This document shows positions 12,560 to 23,387 of a DNA stretch of 64,000 nt, one piece after another. The notes beneath the pieces were generated by a model, which saw only the letters and a list, made by a program, of their open reading frames with translations, ran no database searches and was not told the DNA's origin. Position 1 is the stretch's first letter, and every line of letters starts with the position of its first letter. The position numbers and the translations under genes are program-made. Source of the stretch: Macrostomum hystrix (taxonomy: Eukaryota; Animalia; Platyhelminthes); contig CATNEN010000038.1 of the NCBI GenBank assembly GCA_950097015.1, forward strand, positions 19,158,001 to 19,222,000, given 5' to 3'.

Positions 12560-14030
12560 TGTTCAATGACCTTGCTAGTTTTGTACTTGGATGACGCCCG
12601 AGGGTCATAGAAAAATGACACACTATGTCATTGAAGACCATTTTCTTGATCCCTGCTGTAGTACAATTTGGCAGCTCCTTCAAGGAATCTTTCTAAGGCA
12701 TTGCTCCCCAACGGCAAAACCATCCACTTCAGTTTTGCATGTAACTGAAGCGTCTCATTGGATTGGCCACCCTGCTGCTGCTGCACGAATGTATCATGGA
12801 ATAAAACGTCTTGACAATAGCTTCTGAAAGAAGACATATGATGGCACAAAGCTAAAATTCTTCAAGCTCATCAAGCTTTTAAGAAAATGAATTGTGCAAA
12901 ATTCTTGAAAAGTAAAGCATTTTCAGCACCACTAACTTTATTGTTAGGGTCAATGGAGACACAAAAAATACTTTTGTAACCTAGCCGTCACTGGATTTTA
13001 ATCATCAAAGGGGTTGAAATTGAATGCTCCAATTCTCAGTTCTCACCAGAGCCACCAGGAAGAAGAGCAAAGTTGAGCAAAGCGCAGGTCTTTTTGCCAG
13101 CTCTTCCGAAAATGCACGGGTTGCTATAAAATGAACTGTAGACAGCTGCCTCGTCCACAGTCACAGCAATGTCAGTTCTGTCAAGTGTTCAGCAAATTAA
13201 ATTTAAATTGAAGTCGGCAGAATTACGCTGTGGCGCTCTCTGCAAACTGAATCTTGCCAGTGATGTCCGGCTTCAGCCAGCCTTTATGCCCTTCGCCAGT
13301 CAGCACCAACTTGTGGATGGTGGAAATAAAGGATGCCATGTACACTCAAGACAGTCACATGTTGAGGTCACGCAAATCCTCGAACTGCGACACATCATGC
13401 ACTAAACAACAGACTTCTGCATACGATGCTAGCTCCTCGACTCTCGCTTCTAGGTTGTCCGGACTGCACATCAACATCTGAATGATGTTGAGAATGTCAA
13501 GGGCTGCGCAGTCTTGCTGGCTGCCCATCATGCAGCACTCAATGCATGAAACGAAGCTCTTTTGAAAGGCGCCGGCTAGCAGGCAAACATCAGACTCAAC
13601 ATCCTGTTTAAGGAGGTTTAGGAGATTTTTGTTTGAGTTGCCTGAGGACAAACATTATATTTCTGTTGAATAACTTTACAAGCAAGTTTATTACAGAACA
13701 GCTCTGAACAACTGCACACCCCCTGCTTGCAAAGCCACCAGCTGATTCCGCCACCAGGGCCATGCCAATTGCAAGAGCGTGGGGCAGGAGCTTCTTCGTC
13801 TGATTCATCGTCCAGGGAAGTCTCAACAAGCCAACCTTTGAGCAGGGGGACTCTATCATACTCCCCGTCAGGATGAATTGAGTCGGCACACCTCAATTCC
13901 GGTCGTAACGAGGATAATCCAGTCTGTAATATATAATTTAAGTTTTCAGGAATGGTTTTACAGCACGTATTGCGAACTAACACCATGTTTTCATGTGAAA
14001 TGAAGCAGCTGGGTAAATCCAAAATTATTG
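12560..14030 (-). pseudogene. Decayed intron-containing transposase-like gene
   Basis: Several broken minus-strand ORFs; removing a GT-AG intron (13046-12824) gives ...LLNFALLPGGS/EAIVKTFYSMIHS(frameshift)QQQGGQSNETLQLHAKLKW, which from memory resembles the SxxxERxFS region of hAT-type transposases. Not verified by search. Confidence 0.45.
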
Positions 14031-14935
14031 ACAGAAATCTTGTCCTGAGACTTTACCACTTTCTATTGTCATAATTCTTTGTTAGTTAGAAGAAAATGAT
14101 ATTGAGATCAAGAAAATCATAAAGAAAAACACAAGAAATGCATATAACTCATTATTTTCTCATTTTCAGATATTTCAAGCGTCGGCTATGTGACATCACA
14201 TAGCCGACGCTTGATTGAAGCAATCTGTAAGTCAATTCATGCTTATGAGAATGTCTTTTTATACACCTACTATCACTGTACAATGGTCACTAAGTGGAAT
14301 TTCTATATCTGTAATATGCTTAAAGCAGTTACTGATTCAATGCAGTATCGTGATGTAATAGGCACAATTTGTCACATAGCTGATTCTAAAGTAAAGCTTG
14401 CGTAGCTATACAGCTATAATAAATAATAATAAATAGATGCTGGAGACAAAAAAGTAGAACCAGCATGCATGCACTTGCAATACAGTTTGGAAGGACAGGT
14501 AGACACAGACAAAGCAGTCAGTCCAATGGCTTCAAGGTCAGAGTTCAGATTTTTAAGTAGAGTGACTGTCTACAACTGTGCCTCAATAGGTCAGTTGGCT
14601 AGTGCAGCAGCCTAGTATAGAGCTATGCCCCATGTGTGGTGCCTATTGTACATTTCCCAGTTGGCATTCCTTTGGTTTACAATCCATAAAATTGTTGACA
14701 ATCCCTATAGGCAAAATACTAAATAATAAATTGTTTACAATTGTATGCCAAACAATCAGTAATTCTTTTTTCTAGTCATTTTTCTAGTCATCAAACAAAC
14801 TAATTAGATTATTACAGATATATATCCACTTCAGTGTCCACTTTGGTAATTTAGCCATTTTAATGGCAGAAATATATGGCCAAAGGTAGCCTGGGGTTTT
14901 CTAGAACTGTTGCAGTGGTTGCAGCAATTGAAGCA

Positions 14936-15250
14936 GAGGTTGTAGCCTAGTGGTTAGGGTGTCGGACTCATGACTTGAAGGTCGGGGGTTCGATTCCCGA
15001 CTCCACTGGAACAATTTGTGTCCTTTAGCAAGACACTTAATTCTGCATTGCAAAGCTGTTCACCCAGCTGTTAAATGGGTACCAGCATCAGTTGGGATAA
15101 TTGAAGGTGGGTGTGGCGTCCCCCCAGTCCATGGACTGAACAGCTGTATGCAGTCTTCAGATGTGCCGCGCATTAGCTGCGGCTGTGCTGTTGGCTGCAC
15201 ATCTGACCCAATTGGGGCAGGTGTAATCAATTATTATTATTATTATTATT
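14936..15250 (+). mobile_element. tRNA-headed SINE family A (CORE-like body, (ATT)n tail)
   Basis: A box TAGCCTAGTGG, B box GGTTCGATTCC, CAT in the anticodon-like loop, CORE-like TGTGTCCTTTAGCAAGACACTTAA...CAGCTGTTAAATGGGTACC, (ATT)n tail. Partial copies at about 19694-19865, 37279-37435 and a decayed one at 6968-7070. Confidence 0.88.
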
Positions 15251-15865
15251 GCAGTGGCAAGTGTTTTTGGCAGTAACTTGCCTAAACAGTGCAGGCTGCA
15301 ATGTGGCTTGTGGCTGTGGCACATGAAAAATATTTGTGCTGCATGTCAGCTAGATATGTTGATTCATTACAATACATAATTGCTAGCAGCTCACACCTAA
15401 CTTGCATGCCACCATGGGTGGTCTGTGTGTCTAGCCCTAAGCTCTAGTGTCTGCCAAATAGAAAGTTGACTTTTAAGAAGCCACAATTGCAAACCCTACT
15501 GCATCTCTATGTTTGTAAAGTAAATTTAGCTCCACTGACCTCTTGTCTTAAGTTATTTCACCTATACTTATGTAAAATAATTCAAAATTGTCTAGCAACA
15601 TTTCTACTTTTTAAGTCTCTTTATTGGCTCTATATTCCAGATTTTTCTATAAAGGTATAATTGAATACCACTCAGATAACTTCTGCTCTCATAGTTAAAA
15701 CCAAACTTCTGTTAGCTTATTTGCGGGTCAGCAAACTATGCTGACATGATATGAGAGGAAAAGCAGTCAGCATGCATTCATTAAATTTACGAACAAATGC
15801 TTTTAGTATTAAAAAAAGTTTTATTAATAAACTCCAGAAACTTCAATTCAACTGCAAAGACAGAC

Positions 15866-16333
15866 ATGACTAGCGGTAGTGCCAGCAACAATAATAATAG
15901 TAACAATAGCAAGGGCCTCAAAGGTGCCGCTAATGGGCCCGCGGTTGCAACAGACGCGGCGGCGGTCGCCTATCGTCGAAGGCGCGATCGAAACAATGAG
16001 GCGGCGCGCGCCTCGCGCCAGAATCGTAAAGCTCGCCACGAGGCGCTGCAGCTGGCCTGCTCTCATCTGCGCTCCGGGGTGGCTCCATTGGCCCGACTCC
16101 GACGCCTGCAGGCCGAGGCTGAGGTGCGGGCGTTGTGCGCCGCTGCTGGCCAGAGCTACGAGGCTACCATATCCCTAGCAGCCCAACAAATTGGCCTGCC
16201 AGTCGACTATTTCAATAGCTTCGTTACCGATAGGCCGTTTAGAGTTCAGCCACAGCAACAGCAGCAACAGCAGCATTGTGAATCAGAGACCCAGGCATCA
16301 ACTCCGCTAAATGAGAATGAGAAATGTCGCTAG
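15866..16333 (+). CDS. Atypical bZIP-like protein, paralog 1 (ORF opens at 15797; likely start 15866)
   Basis: Basic region AYRRRRDRNNEAARASRQNRK matches the PAR/C/EBP-type RxRNNxAAxxSR signature; acceptor-like ACTCCAG at 15831-15837 precedes the 15866 ATG. Confidence 0.85.
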   Translation: MTSGSASNNNNSNNSKGLKGAANGPAVATDAAAVAYRRRRDRNNEAARASRQNRKARHEALQLACSHLRSGVAPLARLRRLQAEAEVRALCAAAGQSYEATISLAAQQIGLPVDYFNSFVTDRPFRVQPQQQQQQQHCESETQASTPLNENEKCR

Positions 16334-16404
16334 GCATTTTTAACCTACTATTTCGGTATTCGGTTATTTTTCTGCAATTAATATTGCTCTGGTTTGTGGC
16401 TATT

Positions 16405-17355
16405 GGGGTTGCTAACTGCTGTAAACAGCGGGTGGTTAGTGAGGTTGCCAGTTGCTGTAAACAGTTGGTAGTTAGTGAGGTTGCTAACTGCTGTAACCAG
16501 CGGGTGGTTAGTGAGGTGGCCAATTGCAGTAAACAGTGGGCAGTTAGTGAGGTAGCCAATTGCAGTAAACAGTGGGCAGTTAGTGAGGTAGCCAATTGCA
16601 GTAAACAGTGGGCAGTTAGTGAGGTAGCCAATTGCAGTAAACAGTGGGCAGTTAGTGAGGTAGCCAATTGCAGTAAACAGTGGGCAGTTAGTGAGGTAGC
16701 CAATTGCAGTAAACAGTGGGCAGTTAGTGAGGTAGCCAGTTGCAGTAAACAGTGGGCAGTTAGTGAGGTAGCCAATTGCAGTAAACAGTGGGCAGTTAGT
16801 GAGGTAGCCAATTGCAGTAAACAGTGGGCAGTTAGTGAGGTAGCCAATTGCAGTAAACAGTGGGCAGTTAGTGAGGTAGCCAATTGCAGTAAACAGTGGG
16901 CAGTTAGTGAGGTAGCCAGTTGCAGTAAACAGTGGGCAGTTAGTGAGGTAGCCAATTGCAGTAAACAGTGGGCAGTTAGTGAGGTAGCCAATTGCAGTAA
17001 ACAGTGGGCAGTTAGTGAGGTAGCCAATTGCAGTAAACAGTGGGCAGTTAGTGAGGTAGCCAGTTGCAGTAAACAGTGGGCAGTTAGTGAGGTAGCCAAT
17101 TGCAGTAAACAGTGGGCAGTTAGTGAGGTAGCCAATTGCAGTAAACAGTGGGCAGTTAGTGAGGTAGCCAGTTGCAGTAAACAGTGGGTAGTTAGTGAGG
17201 TAGCCAATTGCAGTAAACAGTGGGCAGTTAGTGAGGTAGCCAATTGCAGTAAACAGTGGGCAGTTAGTGAGGTAGCCAATTGCAGTAAACAGTGGGTAGT
17301 TAGTGAGGTAGCCAATTGCAGTAAACAGTGGGCAGTTAGTGAGGTAGCCAGTTCC
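16405..17355. repeat. 36-bp minisatellite GTTAGTGAGGTAGCCAATTGCAGTAAACAGTGGGCA
   Basis: About 26 units; explains both long overlapping ORFs 16239-17315 and 16324-17391. Confidence 0.97.
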
Positions 17356-17817
17356 AGTGGCTACTTGTGTTTTCCGTCAGTGTTTTGTTAAAGTGCTAAG
17401 CCTCTTTGTACATACATATGATTAGTATGAAAGTGTTTATCAGTTGTACTGCTGTAATTAAAATTTAATAAGTTTCTGTTATTTTTGCAACAATTACCAT
17501 GGCAATGAATTTAGCATTTCAAAGTTTTTCTCTGATAAATGCAACTGGTGCTAATTCAAGCAAAAGCATTTCAATTACTAACGTCTTCAACTTGAGGACG
17601 CATTTCCTTAGTTTGAAACTGGCTTTGAAACTCTTCTACTTAAAATATACTATCGCGAATAAAATAGTTTTACTTTTTTCCTAGTAAAAGCTGTCTTCAC
17701 AAAAATTTATTTTTTTACTGAAACTAAATTTTACTACAATAAAATTAGGATATTGTCCTGTTCGAATTCCAATCATCCCATCTCCAGATTCTGCTGCACT
17801 AGTCATCCTTGGCAAGC

Positions 17818-18651
17818 ATGGGAGCTGTCAGACAGTGGGTCGAGTTGGTCTCATCCGCATTCGCAATAGCATCGGTGCCCTACATGTGTGCGCTGCAACT
17901 ATTTCACATACTTCCGCACTACTACAGGCCTAGCGAGCCATTCTATTGGCTGCACGCGCTAGCCGGATTATTTCTCTTAGTAAACGTATCCGTTAATTAT
18001 TATAGATTATTTAGTGTCGACGCGTCAACTCGCGGTCGCCTAGTTGACTCGAGCGAAGTTGGTTTCGGCTGGCGTCTGTGCCACGCCTGCGAGTGTCACA
18101 GTCCGCCGCGCAGCTTCCACTGCGATGTGTGCAACATCTGCGTATTGAAACGCGATCATCACTGCCTATTCGCTTCTAATTGTGTTGGCTTGGCTAATCA
18201 GCGATACTACCTACTCACAGTAGGCTACTTTGCTATTGCTGCTCTGTATGCGGCTCTGTTCAATTGGCGCTTCGTGTTGGAAGCTCACGACGGCCTATCG
18301 TTTAGATCCGTTTTCCAACTATCTGTTCCGTTTTTGTCTATGTGCTTCGGTGTTAGCAGTCCGTATCAGTTCTGCTTGGCTATAACTCAGGTTGTATGCG
18401 TCTTTGGCGGCTGCCTGCTCTGCCTATTGTTTGGCCTTCACCTGCGCCTACTCATTGTTAACCAGACGGTGCACGAGCGTGCAAAACTCATTGAAGATTA
18501 TAACATGGGCTGGAGGGCCAATGTTGAGCAAGTGTTCGGTCGCCGCTACCTATTAGCTTGTGTCTGGCCGTTCACTGTGTCGCCGCCAACGCTTGACGGC
18601 TACAAATTTCCCATTGTTGGAGGCGCCGAAGCGCCTAGGAAAACTATGTGA
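17818..18651 (+). CDS. ZDHHC24: DHHC palmitoyltransferase, ZDHHC24-like, intronless CDS
   Basis: Cys-rich CHACECHSPPRSFHCDVCNICVLKRDHHCLFASNCVG, flanking TM segments, NQTVHE (TTxE-like) and YNMGWRANVEQVFG motifs. Subfamily call is from recalled similarity. Confidence 0.9.
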   Translation: MGAVRQWVELVSSAFAIASVPYMCALQLFHILPHYYRPSEPFYWLHALAGLFLLVNVSVNYYRLFSVDASTRGRLVDSSEVGFGWRLCHACECHSPPRSFHCDVCNICVLKRDHHCLFASNCVGLANQRYYLLTVGYFAIAALYAALFNWRFVLEAHDGLSFRSVFQLSVPFLSMCFGVSSPYQFCLAITQVVCVFGGCLLCLLFGLHLRLLIVNQTVHERAKLIEDYNMGWRANVEQVFGRRYLLACVWPFTVSPPTLDGYKFPIVGGAEAPRKTM

Positions 18652-19146
18652 TCATTGTGGCACACATTCAGCGAGCATATCCCAGAAATAGTGATTTATT
18701 ATAAATTTTATATGTAAAAGTTTTAATAAATAACTCGCATAAATACCTATGACTAAATTCATTTTTATCTAAACATACTATAAAATGCCTAATATACTAC
18801 TGCTGACCCTTGGTCTATTTGTAGTACACGTTTTATCGATATTATGTGCGTTTTTTCTAGACACATAATTTAAACATTTCGGTATTGTTGCGAAAAATGA
18901 CGTGATTTGTTCTACATGCTTGTATAAATTAATGACCGCCTTTCTATGAGCGAATAGTATGATATAAACATGTTTGTTTTGTATTTGAGTATAGTTTTTA
19001 GAGGCTATAAAGTAGTTTTTGTTTTTTTTTATTTTCTACTTAAAATTTAGGAATCAAATCTTATTTCTTGTTCAGCTAAATAATAACTGCGACAATATTT
19101 CAGAGATCAACTAAATAATAATAATCCAATAGAAGCAAACTAAGGC

Positions 19147-20384
19147 ATGGATCCGACTGACATGACCCTGCCACCAGATAGCGACGCTTTGAGTCCCTCC
19201 CCTGACTCAATACTGTCTCCGAATTCCTCTGGCGGCGGACGGCAAGCTACAACTTCTGTTCAAAGTTCCGGCGTGCTGGTAAGGTGCCAATAGCTAGCTA
19301 GCTGTTAATTAGCGGTATATTTTTGGGATTGTAAATGCTGGAGGGCTGCGGGCAATGGCACATCAACTGGTGACACTAGACCCGCAGCCAGCGAGGAGGC
19401 AATTCTCCCCATTTCGCTGACTCCTGAGCGCACACTCACACAGGTTTGTACATCTGCTCTGACTTTCTCATCGTCAGGCAGTTTACACTCAATTATTACA
19501 CGATTATTACACGACGAACCCCCAAGCCTTCTCTCCGCGACTGCGCCCCAATTAAATGTGGCCTCGCCGCGGAATCGAGCTCAGGGACCTTGGTGCGAGA
19601 GGCAAACGCGCTAACCGCTCTGCCACCCACCCCATGCATACCTGTATAATTATTATCAGTAATCAATTACAGAAACTTTACTCTCCATTGATTCAGTTTA
19701 CCCAGCTGTTATATGGCTACTAGCATTAGCTGGGGTATTGAGGGTGGGTGTGACATCCCCCCAGTCCATGGACTGAACAGGCGTACGCAGCCTTAGGATA
19801 GCTGCGGGTTTTCTATCGGCTGCACATCGGGCCAAATTTAGGTGCAGGTGTAATCTATAATTATTCGCAATGTGTGTTATTCGCAGCATCAGCCGTGCCG
19901 ACTCGCGGACAGCGGCTCCGCCAGCCGACCGCCAGCAATCGGGCCAGTTTGTGCCGCGTCAACCCCTATGGCGGCGGGCAGCGGGACCGCTTCTAAAGCG
20001 CGCGACCTAGCCTATCAGCGTCGACGCGAGCGTAACAACGAGGCGGCCAGGGCGTCCAGGCTCAATAGGAAGGCCCGGCACGAGGCCACGCGTCGGGCTC
20101 TGGCCCGACTGCAGAGCACTGCGGCACCGTTGGCTAGGCTGCGCCGAATTCAAACCGAGATGGAGGTTCGCGGACTGTGCGCCGCGGCCGGCCAGGACTA
20201 CGACCGCATGCTAGTCGAAGCTGCTTCGCAAATCGGCGTCCCGGCCGACTATTTCGCCGCCATTGTCAGCGGAATTGTTGTCGGTGGCAACGCTGGCGAT
20301 GCTGGGCCGCTATTTTCTAATCCACCGTTGCAGGCCGTCCAGCCGCAGCTGGGAATTGAATCGCCAGATATGAAGTATCACTAA
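19147..20384 (+). CDS. Atypical bZIP-like protein, paralog 2; exons 19147-19278 and 19887-20384
   Basis: Exon 1 MDPTDMTLPPDSD...SSGVL ends at GTAAGG (phase 0) and joins in frame at TCGCAG|CATCAG; basic region AYQRRRERNNEAARASRLNRK; clear homology to paralog 1. Confidence 0.87.
19335..19630 (-). mobile_element. tRNA-headed SINE family B (copy 1)
   Basis: Minus-strand head GGTGGCAGAGCGGTTAGCGCG...GAGCTCGATTCC (A box and variant B box); four alignable copies in the window. Confidence 0.88.
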
Positions 20385-22485
20385 ATCAGTGAATTTTCAA
20401 ATTCAATGACGCTTCCAAGAAATTAGCTCAAGAAATAATTTGTTTCGTATTCTTGAAAATGAACTAGTTTTTCAACAACACTGTGTCTGCTTCTGGCGTG
20501 TAATTTAACAACACCGAAATTGTTTTGTAGATAGTGCGAACATTTACAAAATCGCTGGTTGCCGCTGATGCATTTTCCTAAATATAGGACGGAAATAATT
20601 TTCCGTATCTTTTCAGTATGAAATAGCATTTGTTGTACTTAAATTATTTAATTATATTTTCCATTTTTTCATACAAGAATCATAGTTGTTTGTTTTGGTG
20701 CTTTGTTTTGGTATGACTCGCACGCTGTTTTACTAAAGGGCAGTAAACCCTCTATGACCTTGCATTTCCCAGCTACCTCGTCCTCTCCACACGCTACTAA
20801 AAGAAGTAACTGTTTTTTGTTATCTCCGTAAGTTGCTTTAAGTACTTTTTTACTTTTGCGTTCATACTAGTTCAAAATTTTATTTATTATTGACTCAACA
20901 GTCTCCGGTTGGAAGAAAGACAACTAACCGTTAACTATGCTCATTCTTTGTGATTTCAGGTAGCATTTTCCGGAGAAGAATTACGTTATTCCATAACAAA
21001 GCTTTTTCCCTTGTTTTAATGTTACAAAGATTTTTTAGTAAAAAAGTGAGTTGCAATTCAGTCAATAAAAATTTTACTTGCAATTTTTTCTTCCCTAAAC
21101 GCACTGGCGTTTAATGTAAATCAACATGGTGTATAAAATATGTTGTTATTTTTTTGCTTCATTTTCTGTGGAGCTAAATCTCATTCCAGACTTTAACATG
21201 ACACACCCCGAAGTAGCTCTATAATCCAGAAGAACATAAGCAAGTTTGATTTTGAAAACATCACCCACCCACTCTAATTAGACTAAAATTGTTAATTAAA
21301 TGGGAAAAATATACTTCACGTATTTATTGCTGCATTTTCTTATTGAACAAGTACTTTATAAATCAACACAATCTAGGTCATTACTAAGATCATAGAGCGT
21401 ATACTCTATTTTGACAGGAATATGACAGTAATACTATCAAAGTCAGCCTACAGCTAAAAAATCCGGCGTTGAAATTACGAAACAGCTTAACAAACATTTG
21501 CTGTTTATTCTTAGGTTATTAAAAAAATAATTATAAACAAAAGAACAATAATATAAACCTCTATGTTCTTGTTTTGCGATACAGCGAAAAGAATGCGTGA
21601 CGAAAAACATTTTAAAATATCGATTTCAAAGAAAATGTTTAGGACCTGATTCACAGTATCAGTTTCAGAGAGTCGCAATATCAGCTTCACTGATTTATTT
21701 TAACCCTATTTATATATTTTTAATTGGTCTTGTCTTTTCAAAAGTTAGTCTAATAAAAAAATGTAACACTTAAATATTTTTTGTTATTAATTTTTTTAAA
21801 AAATATTTCTGCAAATTCTAGCCAGAAAAAAATATTTATTTGTTGAAAATGATGAGGGTCTAGTCCGACTCGGATTAAGAATACCTAGCAATGGACAACC
21901 CATCTTTTGAGTTTAAAGTCACTAAGCTCTTGAGTTACGTTTCATAAGCCTAGTAGAAATAATATAGGTGCTAATACTAATATGTATTAATCGTTGTCTT
22001 TGACTTGTAAAAGCCAACATTTTATTGCAACTAAGCGACTCTATCCCACTTGACCACTAACTATTTATTTATTTGTTCATATATTTTTAGTGTTGTAAAC
22101 TAAAATAATTAAATCTTTAGCATTTCATTAGGCCCTATCATCCAAGATACAGCTTCTGAAGATTTTGGCAGTGCAAATAAGATGCAAAACTTCCTTAAAC
22201 TAGTCTTAATAAAATAATAAGTCCATGTACAAACAACACTTAGCTAGCATATGCCACAGTTAATGTGTAGGACTCTAGAGTCTAAACACTTTTGCACAAC
22301 TAACTATAGGCCTACTGAAATGATTTATTGACTACATTTTTATCTAGTCTAGACTCTAGGATATCTACCTTTTAAAATATTAGTTTTTTATTATACTAAG
22401 TTACCTTAAAACACTTCTAAAGGCCTAATATCTATTAGTCCATAGATAGAGCAAGAACGATGATTAGTTTTTTGTGGCTATGATA

Positions 22486-23073
22486 CCATAGTGTGGATCA
22501 TGCTAAGTGCACGCGAGAACCGACCCAAAGCTAATTCCCAAAAGCACGCCGACGACAAGCAAATGCACGCCGATGCACGCCTACTAGGACAAATGTATTT
22601 GTCAAAATCCTTAATGTCAAGACGAACGATTGCGAAAAAATATGATTGATGGTTAATTAATACGATATATACGATACGATAGACAAAAAACGCATTTTAA
22701 ATTGCATTGCGTAAAACAAAGCAACAAACGATGTAAAAAAACAATTATATATCTTTAAAAAAGTGTATTTATCATAAATTTATTTATTTAACAGTTTAAT
22801 ACACTGTTCAAATACAAGAGTTTTTTTTCAAAAGTTAAATACAATAATACGTATTTTATGTCTGCTTACCAATGCATTGGCAGCATTGCCACATCAGTTG
22901 CCAGACTGCCAGGCACGCGACACGCGGCGCACGCCGGGCATGCCAGTGTATTTATGTAGTGTGCATTATGCACGCCAAATGCACGCCACTTACCTAATCG
23001 CACGCCGGTGCACGCCACTTTTGAAAATGCACGTGGGAAAATTCTCGCGTGCACTACATGATCTACACTATGG
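22486..23073. mobile_element. Non-autonomous TIR element (588 bp) with 8-bp TSD upstream of prominin ATG
   Basis: TIRs CCATAGTGTGGATCATGCTAAGTGCACGCGAGAA / TTCTCGCGTGCACTACATGATCTACACTATGG; CTATGATA at 22478-22485 and 23074-23081; subterminal GCACGCC repeats. Confidence 0.9.
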
Positions 23074-23387
23074 CTATGATAGAAATATTTAAATTAAACA
23101 AACAAAGTTTACAAAGTATTAAAAAGGAAAAAAGTATAATTTACAAAAAATTGCTAAGTCATTCCTCTTTATTGAGTTCCTAAAGTATATGGTGCTAATT
23201 ATTTCACATTTTATATTGTCATAGCTAGCTAAATTAGAAAAAAATTTTATGCTCTCACATGTAGGTTTTTTGTTTTTATTGTTTGCACTTTAATTTGTTA
23301 GCTTTTTCAGAAAAATGTGGTAACAAGCTTTAGCTTGCTTTTTTCAGGCTGTTTGAAAGTGCTTGATCAAAACAAAATTATCTGAAA

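Noticed and set aside
14936-15010. Possible tRNA-Met gene
   Set aside because: Imperfect cloverleaf, no oligo-T terminator, and it runs into a SINE body repeated elsewhere in the window.
16405-17355. CRISPR-like appearance of 29-38-bp repeats
   Set aside because: Units are head-to-tail with no unique spacers, there are no cas genes and the DNA is eukaryotic.
19387-19400. GCCTCCTCGCTGGC on the SINE B sense strand, identical to the HDV ribozyme P3/L3 as I recall it
   Set aside because: No P1, P1.1 GG or J4/2-P2 partners could be placed, other copies break the motif, and the bases pair instead in a simple hairpin with upstream CAGCGA..GGCA.
19460-19482. CTGACGA-TGA-GAAA-GTC in SINE B resembling a hammerhead core
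   Set aside because: There is no stem II or stem III; CTGAC pairs directly with GTCAG as an ordinary hairpin.
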